From NCBI GenBank assembly GCA_951406725.2, contig OX597839.1, positions 30,442,001-30,506,000 of the forward strand: a stretch of 64,000 bases of DNA, given 5' to 3'. This document shows positions 50,318-63,809 of this stretch, in pieces. The notes beneath the pieces were generated by a model. The model was not told the DNA's origin. It made no database searches and saw only the letters and a program-made list of their open reading frames with translations. Source of the DNA: Octopus vulgaris. Its lineage: Eukaryota. Each line of letters begins with the position of its first letter. Position 1 is the first letter of the stretch. The position numbers and the translations under genes were made by a program.

Positions 50318-50412
50318 CTCTCTGAAGATGGAATAGTTGTTTTTTTAATGAAAATCTTTACTCAATGACCCATGCACCATAAATACAACTATTCTAGAAA
50401 CAGCTGTAAGAG
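50318..50412 (+). ncRNA. Type I hammerhead ribozyme, canonical core
   Basis: CUCU-CUGAAGA-UGGAAUAGUUGU...ACAACUAUUCUA-GAAACAGCUGUA-AGAG: stem I 4 bp, stem II 12 bp, palindromic stem III ACAGCUGU, GUA site (cut after 50408). Confidence 0.8.
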
Positions 50413-50521
50413 ACTTTCCACTTCATCTCTTCATCCCTTATTTACTCTGAAAATTCTGTGTTTGATTAGTAAATTACATGCTTGAAAGTGACATGTTTTG
50501 CTCATTCATTCAGTCTTTCTT

Positions 50522-50526
<5 letters not shown>

Positions 50527-50598
<72 letters not shown>
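50527..50598. repeat. (TA)n microsatellite
   Basis: Direct. Confidence 0.95.
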
Positions 50599-50602
<4 letters not shown>

Positions 50603-51583
50603 ATGTATAATAAATGTAATATTTAAACTGTATATTTTGTAATTTATTGTATTTTGTTATGCATGTATTCCCCCAGTCCATGGAAACATTAACTTCTATG
50701 AAACTGATTTGTGCTGAAAAAAAAAAAAAAAAAAAAAAATTTGGGGTTTCTCGTCTATAGTTCAGTACTTCCCAAAATTTTGTTAGTCCTGCATCCCTTT
50801 AATGACAAGTTAAATCAGCCAACCCAGTCACCTTCTCTACCCCCTCCTTAAAACTTCTGTAAGGAACTTCAAAGATTGGTAATGCTTCTTATTTAAATAT
50901 GTTTCTTATATATTCTCAGCATTCTGTGAAAATGGACTTTAGCACCCCAAGATCTTTAACATTGGTCTAATAGATGACCAAGCAGAAGATTCCACCATGC
51001 AGTCATTTTACTGTAGAGAAAGAGGTGTAATTCTGTGACAGTTTGGCCAAGTTCCAGTTCCTCTCCACTGACCTCAAAACCAATCAATATATGACCATTC
51101 TACTTTTTCTGTTTTCTTCATTTACTGGACATCAATGTCCAATATGTCTTTCATTTGAGGGATATTTGGCTGCTATTTCTAGCTGGCTGAATGACTACAG
51201 AGATTGGTGGTTCTCAACCTTTTTAATACCCAGGCTAGATCCAAAACCTGGATTTTTTTAGGGGGCTGCACCAAAGAAAGTAAAACACAAGTCAATTAAA
51301 GTAATTATATTTCTAGAGGGAAGGCTTGGGGGCCGCATGAGGCCCTGGGAGCCGCAGGACATAGATGCTCCAGCATTTGCTTGTTGGTTTTGATGGTGGA
51401 AATAGAAAAGATGGAATTGGTCAAAGAACAACTGTTGTTGTTTCTAAGTGAAGAACTGTGCCACAGCAGCCATTGTGTGCATGTGTGGGGCCCAGAAACG
51501 ATATCTAACGAGGAATATCTATGGATGTAGGAGCCTAATCCAATTGGAATATAATAAGAAAAGAAAAGAAATTCGTGGGTGTG

Positions 51584-51780
51584 TATACAAGGGAATGCTG
51601 AAAAGTCCCTGGCTAAAAGGGTGTCGTGAACGTCTTGGTCGGAGGCTCAACTTTCTGAGTTTTTTACAGGGCTTAGAAAAATATTAAGGACCGCTGCATT
51701 AAGTGTGGGAATCTGAGAGGGGAACATATTGAATAACATTTTCTTTTACCCAAAGCCAGGACCTTTCAGCCTCCACTCCC
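51584..51780 (+). mobile_element. Degenerate mariner MITE
   Basis: TIR-like gctgaaaagtccctggct / agccaggacctttcagc; internal DRCIKCGNLRGEHIE* matches a mariner C-terminus. Confidence 0.65.
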
Positions 51781-52496
51781 ATCGTCGTTCATATATACTG
51801 ACAGAGTCCCAATATAATCGTAAGCCACACCATCTGAAAGGTATTCGTAGAAAAGCTGCATTTCTGAAAGTTATGAGGGAAGAAATTCGATGGGGTGTGG
51901 CACACTTGTATTGATATGTTATCCGGCGTGTCACAGGAGATCCAAATATTGCTTGACATAATTTGTGCAGCTGGTGCCAAACATTCGATCGATGTTCCAA
52001 CTGTGACCATCTCATATGTTAGCAGTGATTCTCAAGCATATTTTGCCTCTGAAGCCCTCCCACTCACCCAGGTTCCTGTTTTACTTGGATGGGCCCTCAT
52101 AGCCATTCAAGGATTAAAAAACCTACTATAATTTTATAATTAAATATTATTAGTAATCGCCTAACTTGAAATATTTTGTGTATTGTAGAATATAACCAAT
52201 TTATGTGGACCCTAGTTGAGAACCACTGTGCTAGATTATGTAACGTATCCTTTCCTTCATTGCCAGTACAGAGTTGAGGGAGATTTTACTGCAGTTTCTA
52301 GTAAGTCGAGTGACCACATAGAGGCTCTTTTGTTGTTTTGCGTGACTGGGTTTATTTATTGGAGGAGAATAATGACAACAGCAGTTTTGAAGAATTTCTT
52401 TGTTTGGGGTCCTCAGCTAGTAATGGAGCCGTTGTGAGAAAAAAACGTGTTTCTTAGACTTGGCGGAGCCAGAGTTTGAACGGGCGACCTTCCAGA

Positions 52497-52735
52497 TAGA
52501 GGGGGAGGAGAGAAGAGACACAGAAAGATTAGAGAGAGAGGCGAGAGGAGAAAGGAAGAGAAAGAAGGAATTGAGAGAGAGAGAGAATGAAGATAGGAGA
52601 GAGAGAGAAGGAATGAAAAGAGAAAGAACGAAGCAGCGGAGAAAGAGAGAGAGAGACACACACACAGAGAAAGAAAAAGACGAGAGAGAGAGAGAGAGAG
52701 AGAGACGAGAGAGTGAGAGAGAGAAAAGAGAAGAC

Positions 52736-52772
<37 letters not shown>

Positions 52773-52785
52773 GAGAGAGTGAGAA
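52497..52785. repeat. (GA)n-rich low-complexity tract
   Basis: Direct; source of the poly-ER / poly-LS pseudo-ORFs. Confidence 0.9.
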
Positions 52786-53557
52786 GACTGGTCGTCCGAA
52801 TTTCAAGTGAAACGAACATTAGCCAGTTCGTGATGGAACCTAAGTGATCATACGATCTGCTAGAAATAGCAGCCAAATTACGCTATAATCCCAAACTTTG
52901 CCGACTTATGGAAGTACACCATTAAATAATATAATGTTAAATATCCACTGTTAAACAGACCAAACAAACAACAAGATGGTCACGGATGGAGTGCATTAAG
53001 CAGACGGAACCCTGTCGCTTTTCCCATGATGCCTGCCACTTCCGTTCGAACTGTTCGTCTCTCTTCTCTGAAGAGTTGCACTTTGGAAGTGAAGAGGAGG
53101 AATCCGACTCTCAACTTCCTCAAAACAACAAACACCACACGAAGTCAATTAAGAACTTTAAGTCGCCTTTTATAATTAATCGTCTGGCTTAATTAGTTTA
53201 TTATCGTCAGAATAACTTTGTCTTCGATTGGAAAATTCGCTGGAATTATCGATTATTGAAGAGAAACCCACCTCCAGGAATCTCAACCAAAACATAAAAC
53301 GGATCTTTAAATCTAAATAACAACTCTTGTCTCAACACTCGGATTATTTAATTAACCAGGTTCAATTTTAAACGGTTTTATTTTGTAAATGTGACGGAGT
53401 AAACGGATTTATTGTGTTTCATTTTCTAAAAAAAAAAAAAAGGGCAGAATCGAAGGAAATATTTAAAAATTACAGAAATCTTCCAAAGTGTATCAGAAAC
53501 GACTGGTAAAATATTTTTTGAATAATCACCATCAATCAACCAAGTAATCAATCAATT

Positions 53558-55015
53558 ATGGTCCGTAAAAAGTTCGATCGAACAGTTGTGAAAAAATGTC
53601 CAAAATGTGAGGAACAAGTACCTGTTGCTTGTAAATTTTGTACCTGTGGACACCCGTTCGCTTCTCGGAATAAATTGCTTTTAAAAGAAGAAGCTGAGGA
53701 GGCGATGGGACATTTGGATCGCCCAGATATAAATAAGGACGAAGAATCACCAACGGACCGTCTGAGGCGACCCAGGAGGTTGAGTCGCGACAAACCTACC
53801 TATTATGTGATTACTGAGCTGAATCGTCAGGTGAAGAGAGCCCGACAAAAGGTGAAACCGGCGATTACCACTGATGTGGGCGCTGTAGGTGAATTGGTTA
53901 TACCCAAGAAGAAGAAACGAGGGCGACCTCGAGGTTCGGGTTCAAGGAATAAACCGAAACGGAAGGCGATTCTTAAACAACAGGCACCACTGCAACTTCA
54001 ACAACCGAAACAGGAACCGTTGATTCTTCAACTCCCCAAACAAGAACGTCTGGAATCTTTGGAACAAGATTCACCCCAAGCAACATCGCCGTCTTCATCG
54101 TCATCTTCTTCTTCATCGCCACACACACCACCGTCTCAGAGTTATTACCATCAACTCCAAGAAATGGAATTTTCTGACACCAAACTAACCACAAGCCCCA
54201 CTCCTTCCCTCAGCATCGCCACCTCTTCAGGGATCGACAGAAAATTGAACCTGAGCAGCTCCTGTTCTGCGGCCAGCAATAATTTCGGTAATAATTCTAA
54301 CCCGACGGCCGCCGCTGCCTCCGCCAACCCCAGCAGCACGGGGGAAATCTCCATCAAAATTGATAACCGAACTTCTTTCTCTGCCACAACACCATCGCCA
54401 CCATTATCATCATCATCATCAACATCATCAATATCATTGTCAGCAACGGCAGCAGCAAACATCGGCCCCACGAGCAGTAAAAACAAAGGCGGCACCTCCA
54501 CCGCCGCCGCCGCCTCCGCCACTATTTCTTCATCAAGCGGCGGCACCAGCAGCAAGAACAACAACAGCAATAATAACAACAGCAACAACAACAGCAGCCA
54601 GAACAACAGCAGCAGCAATCTGCTGCTCATTAACAATGCTCTGCACAGTAAGGACAACAACAACAGCAACAGCAGCATCAACAGCGTGAGCAGCAGCAGC
54701 AACAGCACCATCACCACCAATTACGGCACCAAAAACATTTCCAACAGCGATAGCAACAGCAACAGTGTTTCTATTAGCAACATTAACAACAACAACAACA
54801 ACAACAATAGCAACAACTGCAATAACAACAACAACAACAGCAGTTGTAGTAGTAGTAGTAATAACAATAATAATAATAATAATGGTACCAGTAATAATAA
54901 TGGGGGAGAAAAAGACATGTATTCTAACATCTCACCTGAGAAGGCTTTACAGTTTTATGCAATTTTGGCGGATTTGAACCGAAAAATCATTTCACAATCA
55001 TTTAAACCTTGGTGA
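53558..55015 (+). CDS. C16orf87: UPF0547 family protein (C16orf87 homolog), 485 aa, single ORF with a long Ser/Asn low-complexity insertion
   Basis: N-terminal KKCPKCEEQVPVACKFCTCGHPF zinc ribbon, central KKRGRPRGS (AT-hook-like), C-terminal EKDMYSNISPEKALQFYAILADLNRKIISQ; all three match the C16orf87 pattern as I recall it ([21 protein letters not shown]..., [26 protein letters not shown]). Confidence 0.92.
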   Translation: MVRKKFDRTVVKKCPKCEEQVPVACKFCTCGHPFASRNKLLLKEEAEEAMGHLDRPDINKDEESPTDRLRRPRRLSRDKPTYYVITELNRQVKRARQKVKPAITTDVGAVGELVIPKKKKRGRPRGSGSRNKPKRKAILKQQAPLQLQQPKQEPLILQLPKQERLESLEQDSPQATSPSSSSSSSSSPHTPPSQSYYHQLQEMEFSDTKLTTSPTPSLSIATSSGIDRKLNLSSSCSAASNNFGNNSNPTAAAASANPSSTGEISIKIDNRTSFSATTPSPPLSSSSSTSSISLSATAAANIGPTSSKNKGGTSTAAAASATISSSSGGTSSKNNNSNNNNSNNNSSQNNSSSNLLLINNALHSKDNNNSNSSINSVSSSSNSTITTNYGTKNISNSDSNSNSVSISNINNNNNNNNSNNCNNNNNNSSCSSSSNNNNNNNNGTSNNNGGEKDMYSNISPEKALQFYAILADLNRKIISQSFKPW

Positions 55016-55432
55016 AACGTTTTGGCATTCATTGTTTATAATATATACACCTTCACAAAACACACACACATACACTATATATATATATATATACATACAT
55101 ACATATATATATATATACATAAATATGTGTGTGAATTTGTATATAACATTGCGTGTGTGTATGTATATATGTATGTGTGTATATTATGTTATATAAAAAA
55201 ATATATATAAAATATGTGTATATATGTTAAATAAAATATATACATATATATTATATAAAATTATATATACACACACACACACATATATATGCACATTAGT
55301 CTCATGTTAAGAAAAAAGAACCAATTTAATTATCAATATGAGATTTTACATAAATATACTCAAAGTTAATTAAAAAAAGCATTTTATTAAATTATAAATT
55401 TGTTATAAAGACAGATTTACAAAATATCCATT

Positions 55433-55674
<242 letters not shown>

Positions 55675-57304
55675 ATAGATCCATACCCACTTGTGGAAAA
55701 TTAAAAAAGGATTATCGACACTTTATTAATTGATTTATCAGTCATTTAATTTTTTTTTCTCTGGTTTAATGAAGGATTATTTTGATTTTATATTTTTAAA
55801 TTTCAAAATAATTATGGAGAAAGTTGAAGTAAGAATCGAATTCTTGAGGTATTTTGTGTTGTTCTTCATATTTCTTTTGTTTCCAATTCTAAATATTTGC
55901 CTTGTTTTAAATATTTATTATTAATAACGTGATGAGTTTTCTGCCGCGGAAGCAACACACTACACACATGTGAACATTATTTGGACACAGGAATATATAT
56001 ATATATATATACATATATATATGTATGTGTATGTGTATGTATATATATATTATTGTGTCTGGGGAGAATCAGATTTCTTAATATTGGTTTGTATATAACG
56101 ATTATATATGTTTATGTGTGTGCTTCAATCCATGTTCCTCTAAATATAACAGAGAACATATAAATAGAATAATAATGATGATGATGATTATGGTGATTAT
56201 GAAGATCATAATCTTTGTTTGGAATTAAAGAAATAGTTGAGAGAAAAGGTTTTAAAGAACACAGACAGACACATAAATGGGGAATTAAAAAAAAAACCCT
56301 TTGCACGTCCCACAATTAACCAGGGTCAAGGAAAAATTAAAAGAAATAAAGAAATATCAGTTTATTTATGGTAGAAACACAACAAAATCTGTTTCAAGAC
56401 TTCACATCAAAAATCTTGCCAAACAATTTCATAAACGGGAAGATATTTGTTTTTATCATTGAAATCTCTTCCACTTAGCTGTGTTTGGTTTTTGCTTCAG
56501 GATCTAACTAATTAAACGTTGCCAATAATAATGATAAGAAGAATGAGGATGTGCTTTATTTTCTAACTTTATGAATCATTAAGGAAAGAATTTCTATTTG
56601 AGAAATCTAATTTCATATTGGTGATGTTCATGTATTTTGCAAAGGACTTTTAGAGTAATTAACAATAATGGGAAGCTTTGCTCGTTCTTATTGTATTTGA
56701 AATATAATGGAATTAGTTTGTTTAGTGGAAATACAATCTCTACCATATATATAGGCATCATATATATATGTATGTATAAATTTGCATTATGTATGTGTCT
56801 ATGAAGTCCGATGATGGCTTAGAAACTTCGAAGTCATTATCCTTGTTAAAGAATAAATGGTACATTTGTACTTTACAAAAGTATGGAGTAACCTTCAGAG
56901 TAATGTAAAATTGGTTTTATTATAACTTAAAAACCAACGTTAATATACACAAACGAAATTACTTTTATTATTTGAAAGAAGACATTCCTGTTGGAATTGT
57001 AGAGAAATGGTCGTTGGTTGGTTTTAAAAGCTTCCTAATATTTTTAATTTTCGTGTTTTACTTTTTTGGAATCCCCTTTAAAAAAGAAATGTCCCCGACG
57101 TCTGCTGGAAAAAAAAGACCCTCTTTAAGTTGGCACAAGCTTCACCATTTATATCTCATTCAATAAATTCTTCAAACTTGTCCAAATTCAATTGTGCTGA
57201 AACAGTGAAAGCTTATAAATCTCAACCCTTTTTTTTTATACCTGTCTCCACACAATTGTAATTTCATCCGGCTAATTGGTTTGGTCCACATAAGGAATCG
57301 TTAT

Positions 57305-57450
57305 AGGTTCACTTTGCCTTTCATTCTTTCAAAGTCGATAAAATAAGCACCAGATGAATACCGCCGGGGTCAATGCACTCGACTTGACCCCGGCCCCGAA
57401 ATTGCTGGCTTTATGCCAAAATTTGAAACCATTATTATTATTATTATTAC
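57305..57450 (+). mobile_element. SINE family C, 3' half
   Basis: actttgcctttcat.ctttc...gtcgataaaataag..ccag...aatttgaaaccattattattatt. Confidence 0.7.
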
Positions 57451-58224
57451 CACTATTTGTGTATAAAGAACGTTTAGAGAGGAGGTGTGGGTTTCCCTTA
57501 ATGAAGACCCCTTTCGGTGCTAAACCAGTTTCTACAACGTGGCTGGCATTTTTTGGCCCAAAATTTATTAATGTTAATCGTTTTAAATGAATGTTTCCTG
57601 TTGAAAATTTTTATCACTATTTGTTTGATGGCGATGTTTCAAAAGCAGCTCAACTGTTAATTGCCTAATTAGATGAAATGAAGAGAGAAATTAAAGCGTT
57701 CGTCATCAATTAATAGTTTTGTTCCTATGGAAGTGACTCTTTCAATGGCTCTTCAGAACAGAACTGAGCCATGTTGTCTAGAAACGTGTTTAAATCAGTT
57801 TTCTGTGTCTATATATACGTTTACATATGCGTGTATTGTGTCGTACATAGCCATAAGAACGTGTGTATATATATATATAATATATATTCATCTCATTTCT
57901 TTCCCTATATATATAGATATATATACACGTATGTGGCGGATATATATTATATTTTTTATGTGTATGTTGTTGTGCATGTGGCAATAAGATCGCGCGTGTG
58001 TATGTATCTATATAGATATAGATGTATAACCCAGTTTTATTGCGCTTCTATTGTTCTTCAGTCCTAATTTGCTCTTCGCTAATTTCTTTTCAAACTTCTC
58101 TCTATGTCCTCCCCTCCCGTCAGGTTCTCTCACCACCACATATATACACAAACATAAGTATATATATATACGTACGTATGTATGTGTGTGTGTATATCGC
58201 ATCTATGTAATATATATTAGTGTG

Positions 58225-58256
<32 letters not shown>

Positions 58257-59280
58257 CACCGTTTAAGATTCTATGTCAGAAAAATTATACACACACACCC
58301 ATATATATGCGATGGCTTTTTTTGCTAAGCGATCTCCTCTAAACATTTTCATTCCTTCTTCCTTTCTTTACCAAACTTTGTTCCAACAACCTTCCTCCTT
58401 CTACTGAATTCTTCACCAATTTTGGTCGCCTCGTTTATTTTCTTAATTAGAAATTATTATTAATATAATTTTTTTAAAAATTAATTCTTCCGATATTTAC
58501 TTTATTTTAAATTTAAGATAAACAATTAAAAATTATTTACTGTAAACAAACTACACTCCCTACACATTTCACAACGAAGTCTATTAAATACACACACACA
58601 CACACACACATAAATATATATACATTTATACACACGCACTCATATTTATAGATACACACTCGTATATATTTTATATATATATATACTCGAAGCAGTTATT
58701 AACAACGAAACTTAACGGTTCTTAATCAAGGATTAGATGTTTTAATAATCCATTCTCTTCAAAATTTACAATAATTATTTAATTCTCTTTAATTTTCGCC
58801 TCTCTAAATATTACTGCATGTTTAGCCCTAGGTGGACCGGTTTTTGGCAGAAAGAAATCTGTGATGAAATGTGTTCCAGCTGTGACAATCCCGTCTTTCA
58901 GAGTTGTTTACATCGTTTAATACATTCCAACCATGACGGTCACGTATTTCAAAACTCTCTGCATCATCTAATGCGTGTTTCTCAGCTTTAAGACGATGGG
59001 ATGTGATCGAAGGTTGGCTGCTATTTCTAGTCGTTCGGGCGCCCAAGATAAATCTAGATTATTCTGAGGGTTCAGGACCCTTCTAATATTTATTGGAAAT
59101 AAAGATATAGGACATTGTGGGGTTTATCCATTTCCAGTAGTTATTAACACCGAGGTAATGAAGCCTTTAGCCTTAATTAGTCGTTAATTATGTTGTGAGT
59201 AGGGAGGGGGAGGTGTTTGGGTAGTCTTGCGGAGTTTTGTCAGGTGTTATTAATTCAGACCAATGATATCCTAACATGTT

Positions 59281-59324
<44 letters not shown>

Positions 59325-60451
59325 TAGATAGATAGATACACACACACACACACACTACAGATGCGAATGATAATAAAATGTAACATTTTACACAAAATAA
59401 TCGTGTAGAAATATCGCATTCCATGACTGTACATGTGTGTGTATTTATTAGGTCTCTCTGATAAACTTGTTCTTCTCTGTCGTTTCTACTCAAATGTGAA
59501 AGTGTTTCTTCAGAGATTGTTTATAAATGCTGAAAATTTCAATGAAAACCAGTCGATTAGCAAGGGTCATGTACCAACCTGTTTAGTCATTTGGTGGGCA
59601 CCCCCCTCTCTCATACACACACACGTACTTCTCTGTTTTAAAATAATGATTATTTTAAAGCATTTATGAGAATAACAAACTCTTTATTTATTGTGTAACT
59701 GTACTGGGAGTTACATAGCGTGGTCTATAGAAATATGCAGGTGCATGTGGATAATAATAATGATAGTAATAATTGTGTGGTATCTCTATGTGTGTGTGTG
59801 TGTGTTTGTGATAATAATTGTGAATTGTGTATCTGTCTGTCTTTTATCATTTAATGTGTGTTTTTCATGCTGGCATGGGTTTCACAGGTGCTGACCAGCT
59901 GGAGAGCTGCACCAAGCTCCGTTGTCTCTTCCGGCATTGTTTCTACAGCTGGATACCCTTCTTAACACCAACCACTTTGTTACAGTGTGCTGGGTGCTTT
60001 TTACGTGGCCCCATCACCACTGCTTTTTATGAAACTAGCATCAGTGCTTTTTCTCTATCATTTGTTTGTTGTTTCTACCCAGTCTAAACCTGTGTGACAC
60101 CCCACTTATTCTCACCCCACCTACTGTCCCTCAAGGACATGTCCTGACACATCATTGCCACCATCTCTCTCCTTTCTTTTTCTCCAACTGGGGGTATCCA
60201 TGTATCTATTCTACAGCAAAACACCTGTCTCCCTACCTTTAATCTTTCAGCTGACACAAAGCACCCCACTTCCCTCAATACGACAAACCATTTCTAGTTG
60301 AGGGCTTTTTGCCTTGCAAGTTATTTTGATATAAAAGCACCCATTACATTCTCAGTGGTTGGTGTCAGGAAGAGCATCCAGCCGTAGAAAACCATGTCAA
60401 ATCAGACTGGAGTCTGGTGCAGCCTGCCAGCATAGATGATGATGATGATGT

Positions 60452-61390
60452 AGCATTCTTTGGTTTGGAGAAGGCTTTTGACAAGATGCCTGCTCAGCAA
60501 TCTGGTGATGACTAAAGAAACCAAGTGCCAAGGAATGCTTTGTGAGGGCTGAAACTGCTTTGCACAAAGTGAGAGTCAGCAATGAGTTCGACGGTGAATT
60601 TAGGGTGAAAGCAGGGATCCATAAGGTTCACTCCTCAGACCCATTCTATTCATCATAGTCTTATAGTTTATTACAAGAGGAGTGAGTTCAAGACCAGCTA
60701 CCTATGGGAACCCCTATATGTTGATGTAGTTCTCATAGTGGAATTAGCAAACATATTTCAAGCTTGGAATCAAAACCCAGAGTTGAGAGAACTCAGCAAA
60801 GACTAAGGTGTTACCAGGAAAGACCAATCTACTCTGGAACTATCAGGGAAATGGTCTCACCTGATATGCTGAAAAGGAGTAGGCAGGAACTCTATGATGC
60901 TGTTATCCAGTGCAAGCTGTGGACACACAAGAATTGTAGTAAAATCACAGACTAACAGAATAGGCAAACTTTGTTTGTGGTGGATGCACTGGGGCCATAA
61001 TCATTAACAGCACAGCAAAAATGGATTCTTTTCAATTCCCAGCTGGCTTACTAGAAGTAGTCAATAGGTTCTGTTACCTGTGATGTAATTTGCAGGGGAA
61101 ACAACTGTTCAGAATGTTTAGTGGTCAGGATACGAATGGGTGGGAAAAAGTTCAGTGAACCTCTTCCAGCAGCAGAAGTTTTCTCCTTCAGAGTGGAGGG
61201 CAGATTGTATCATGCTTGTGTTTGAATTGTAATGATGTCTAGTGGTGAGACATGGGCCTTGAATGCAGGCGACTGGAAAGGAATGAGGCAAGAATTCTCT
61301 GAGGGATGCGCAATGACTGCATGCATGGATTCCAGAGTACAAACATACTGAGAGAAAAACTTGATTTAAGAGAAATCAGTCTGTTGAATA
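60452..61390 (+). mobile_element. Highly degenerate RTE-clade LINE reverse-transcriptase region
   Basis: Frameshifted motifs FGLEKAFDK, KVRVSNEFDGEFRVKAGIH..GS.L.PILFIIV, LWEPLYVD (YADD-like), later RFCYL and WKKF.E.LP. Confidence 0.7.
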
Positions 61391-61559
61391 AAAACTATGT
61401 CAGATATTGAATTTTGTATAAAGAATGAAGGCCACTCAGTTAGATTTCTGCTATTGGGAGAGACAGGACTTAAAAGAGAAGACCTTCCTAAGCTAATGGG
61501 GGACGGATACTTGGTGTTGGTGAAATGCAACTTCATGAAAACTTTTGAAGAAGATAAGA

Positions 61560-61893
61560 TGTTTGCTTCCGAAACACATGATTCTAGGTTCAGTCCCACT
61601 CTGTGGCACTTTGGGCAAGTGTCTTCCGCTATAGCCCTGGGCCAATGAAAGTCTTATGAGTAGATTTGGTGTGGGAAGGAAACTAAAAAGATGTGTGTCT
61701 TTGTGTTTGTCTTCCACCACTGCTTGACAATTGATATTGGTTTGTTTATGTCCTTGTAACTTGGCAGTTCAGCAAAAGTGACCAACAGAATATAAGTACC
61801 AAGCTTAAGAAAAATACCATTGGGGTTGATTTGTCTGACTTAAAACCCTTCAAAGCAGAGTGTCCCAGCATGGCCACAGTCCAATGACTGAAA
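61560..61893 (+). mobile_element. SINE family A
   Basis: Colinear with family A. Confidence 0.75.
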
Positions 61894-63189
61894 CTTCTGC
61901 TTCCCATGTTGGCATGGGTTAAAAGATGAACCAGGAAGCAGCACCAGGCTCCAGTTTTACTCCCTTAATGAAGACGCATACATTGGGCAAAAAGGGTAAA
62001 GACAAATGAGAGGGGGGTGGGGGTAGCGGTGACAAAAGGAATCGAGGGGCTGGGAGGGTGAAGTCAGGGGTCAATCAAGCATGTCTTCACTCTTCAATAT
62101 GTAGAAACATGTTAAGCCCCAACACAGCTCTATTGTCCAAAGTGTCCTTCATTTTTAAATAGCAGAGAAGAATTTGGCTGCTGTTTCTGTCTTGTCAAGT
62201 GTCCATACAAAAGCACCTTCATTGGCTCCATACTGCTGTTGTTGTTGTTGTTTAACCACTGGTCAGTCATACATAAGCAAACCTGTGATAAAAAGTGATC
62301 CAGTCATAAAGTTTTCATATTTTTCCATCTAACATAATGTACCTTGGAGTACATTATCCAATGTGTTTTCCTTTTGAAGACTTGCGGGAGACTTGGTTGC
62401 CATTTCTAGCAAATCTATTGGCTGCTTAGAGCAGGTAGATTTTGTTTTGAGAAGTGGGCCACATTAGACATGCCTCTTCATCAGGTGAGCCATACTCCTA
62501 ATAAAGATACCAAGGTAATTATTTCATTAAGCATGCCACAAGCTGCAGGTGGCCCAACGCCTGGGAAGTTCCCTCTTTGGTTTGGCAAAGAACTGATTTG
62601 AATTAATTTGGTTTTTATTAACATTAAGAATGTTATTTCCATATCAACCAAACTCTGTCTGTCTGTCTGTCTCTCTTTCCTCTCGCAACCTACATCATGA
62701 AATAACACTTTCTGACAGGAACAATGTCAAGTTATATGAAATGTGATCCTGAGAGTGAGGGGGGGAGGGAGGAGCTTCATTCAACAAACGAAGCTGTTTT
62801 TAATTGTGGTTTCATTAAACTCTGCATTTTGCTTCCCTCTACCCCCCTCCTCTTTCTCTCTCTCTAATACTAAACACTGACCCAAATCTATAGAAATTAC
62901 TGGAATATTAACTTTTTTCATGAAAATATTTATTTATCACACACACACTCTCACAATTTAATGATATTTAACAATATGAACCAACAAACGAGCCTGTACA
63001 TGCTTGTTCAGTTTGCTAGACACAACAGCCAAGTATCAGTCTGTCTCTCAAATCACACCTTACTGTCTCTAAAGAAAAGGAAGGACACACTGGTTAGTAT
63101 AATCAGAGATGAACTAGATCAAAAAAGCCAGGTAGGATGGTCATAAATGGACCCTTGATTATAGCCCTACCTAATCATGACAGGTGAGG

Positions 63190-63500
63190 GTGCATGGCTT
63201 AGTGGGTTGGATATTTGGCTCATGATTGTAAGGCTGTGAGTTCAATTCCCGGTGGCTCATTGTGTCAAGACACTTTATTTCAAGTTGCTCCAGTCCACTC
63301 AGCTGGCAAAAGTGAGGTGTACCTGTAATTCATAAGGGTCCAACCTTGTCACATTCTGTGTCAAGTGGAATATCACTGAGAACTATGTTCAGGATGTGTA
63401 TCTGTGGAGCATTCAACCATGTGCACATTAATTTTATGAGTAGGCTGTTCCATTGGCCAAACCCAATGGGGACCATGGCCATCATAACTGACGGAAAGCC
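63190..63500 (+). mobile_element. tRNA-derived SINE (family D-like)
   Basis: tggcttagtgg A-box, gagttcaattccc B-box, caagacactttatttca.gttgctccagtccactcagctggcaaaa. Confidence 0.7.
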
Positions 63501-63809
63501 AGGTCAGTCATGACTAACCGGAAGCTAAACAATAACAGAATCATCTTTTATTGTAAATGGCCGAGTACTCCTCAGACAATTGTAATCTTCAGGCAGTATC
63601 AGAGTGACATGGTAACAGAAATGGGTTGTTTTAATTACATGTACAAAACTGGTGTTTCTTTCAGGAATGGGGCCCTTGTGAGGATTGAAAAGGGGACAGA
63701 CCTAATGCCTTGTTGCCACTCTTCTGCAGCCAGACCACCATGGCCAGGAAAGGAGAATTGTTGAGAGATAAAACCCTGCTGTTTTTTTTTATAAAGAGTG
63801 GAGGGTCTG

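Noticed and set aside
52413-52876. Poly-ER and poly-LS ORFs
   Set aside because: Derived from a (GA)n tract.
54151-54930. - strand poly-Leu ORFs that look like membrane proteins
   Set aside because: Antisense shadow of the AAC/AGC repeats in the C16orf87 homolog.
57494-57535. cccttaatgaag...taaaccagtttc hammerhead-like relic (similar motif near 61960)
   Set aside because: Both core halves are mutated and the stems are unconvincing; too degenerate to call.
63190-63255. tRNA-like A and B boxes (also near 3750, 7450, 10990 and 39110)
   Set aside because: No complete cloverleaf; each runs directly into a repeated SINE body, so these are SINE heads rather than tRNA genes.
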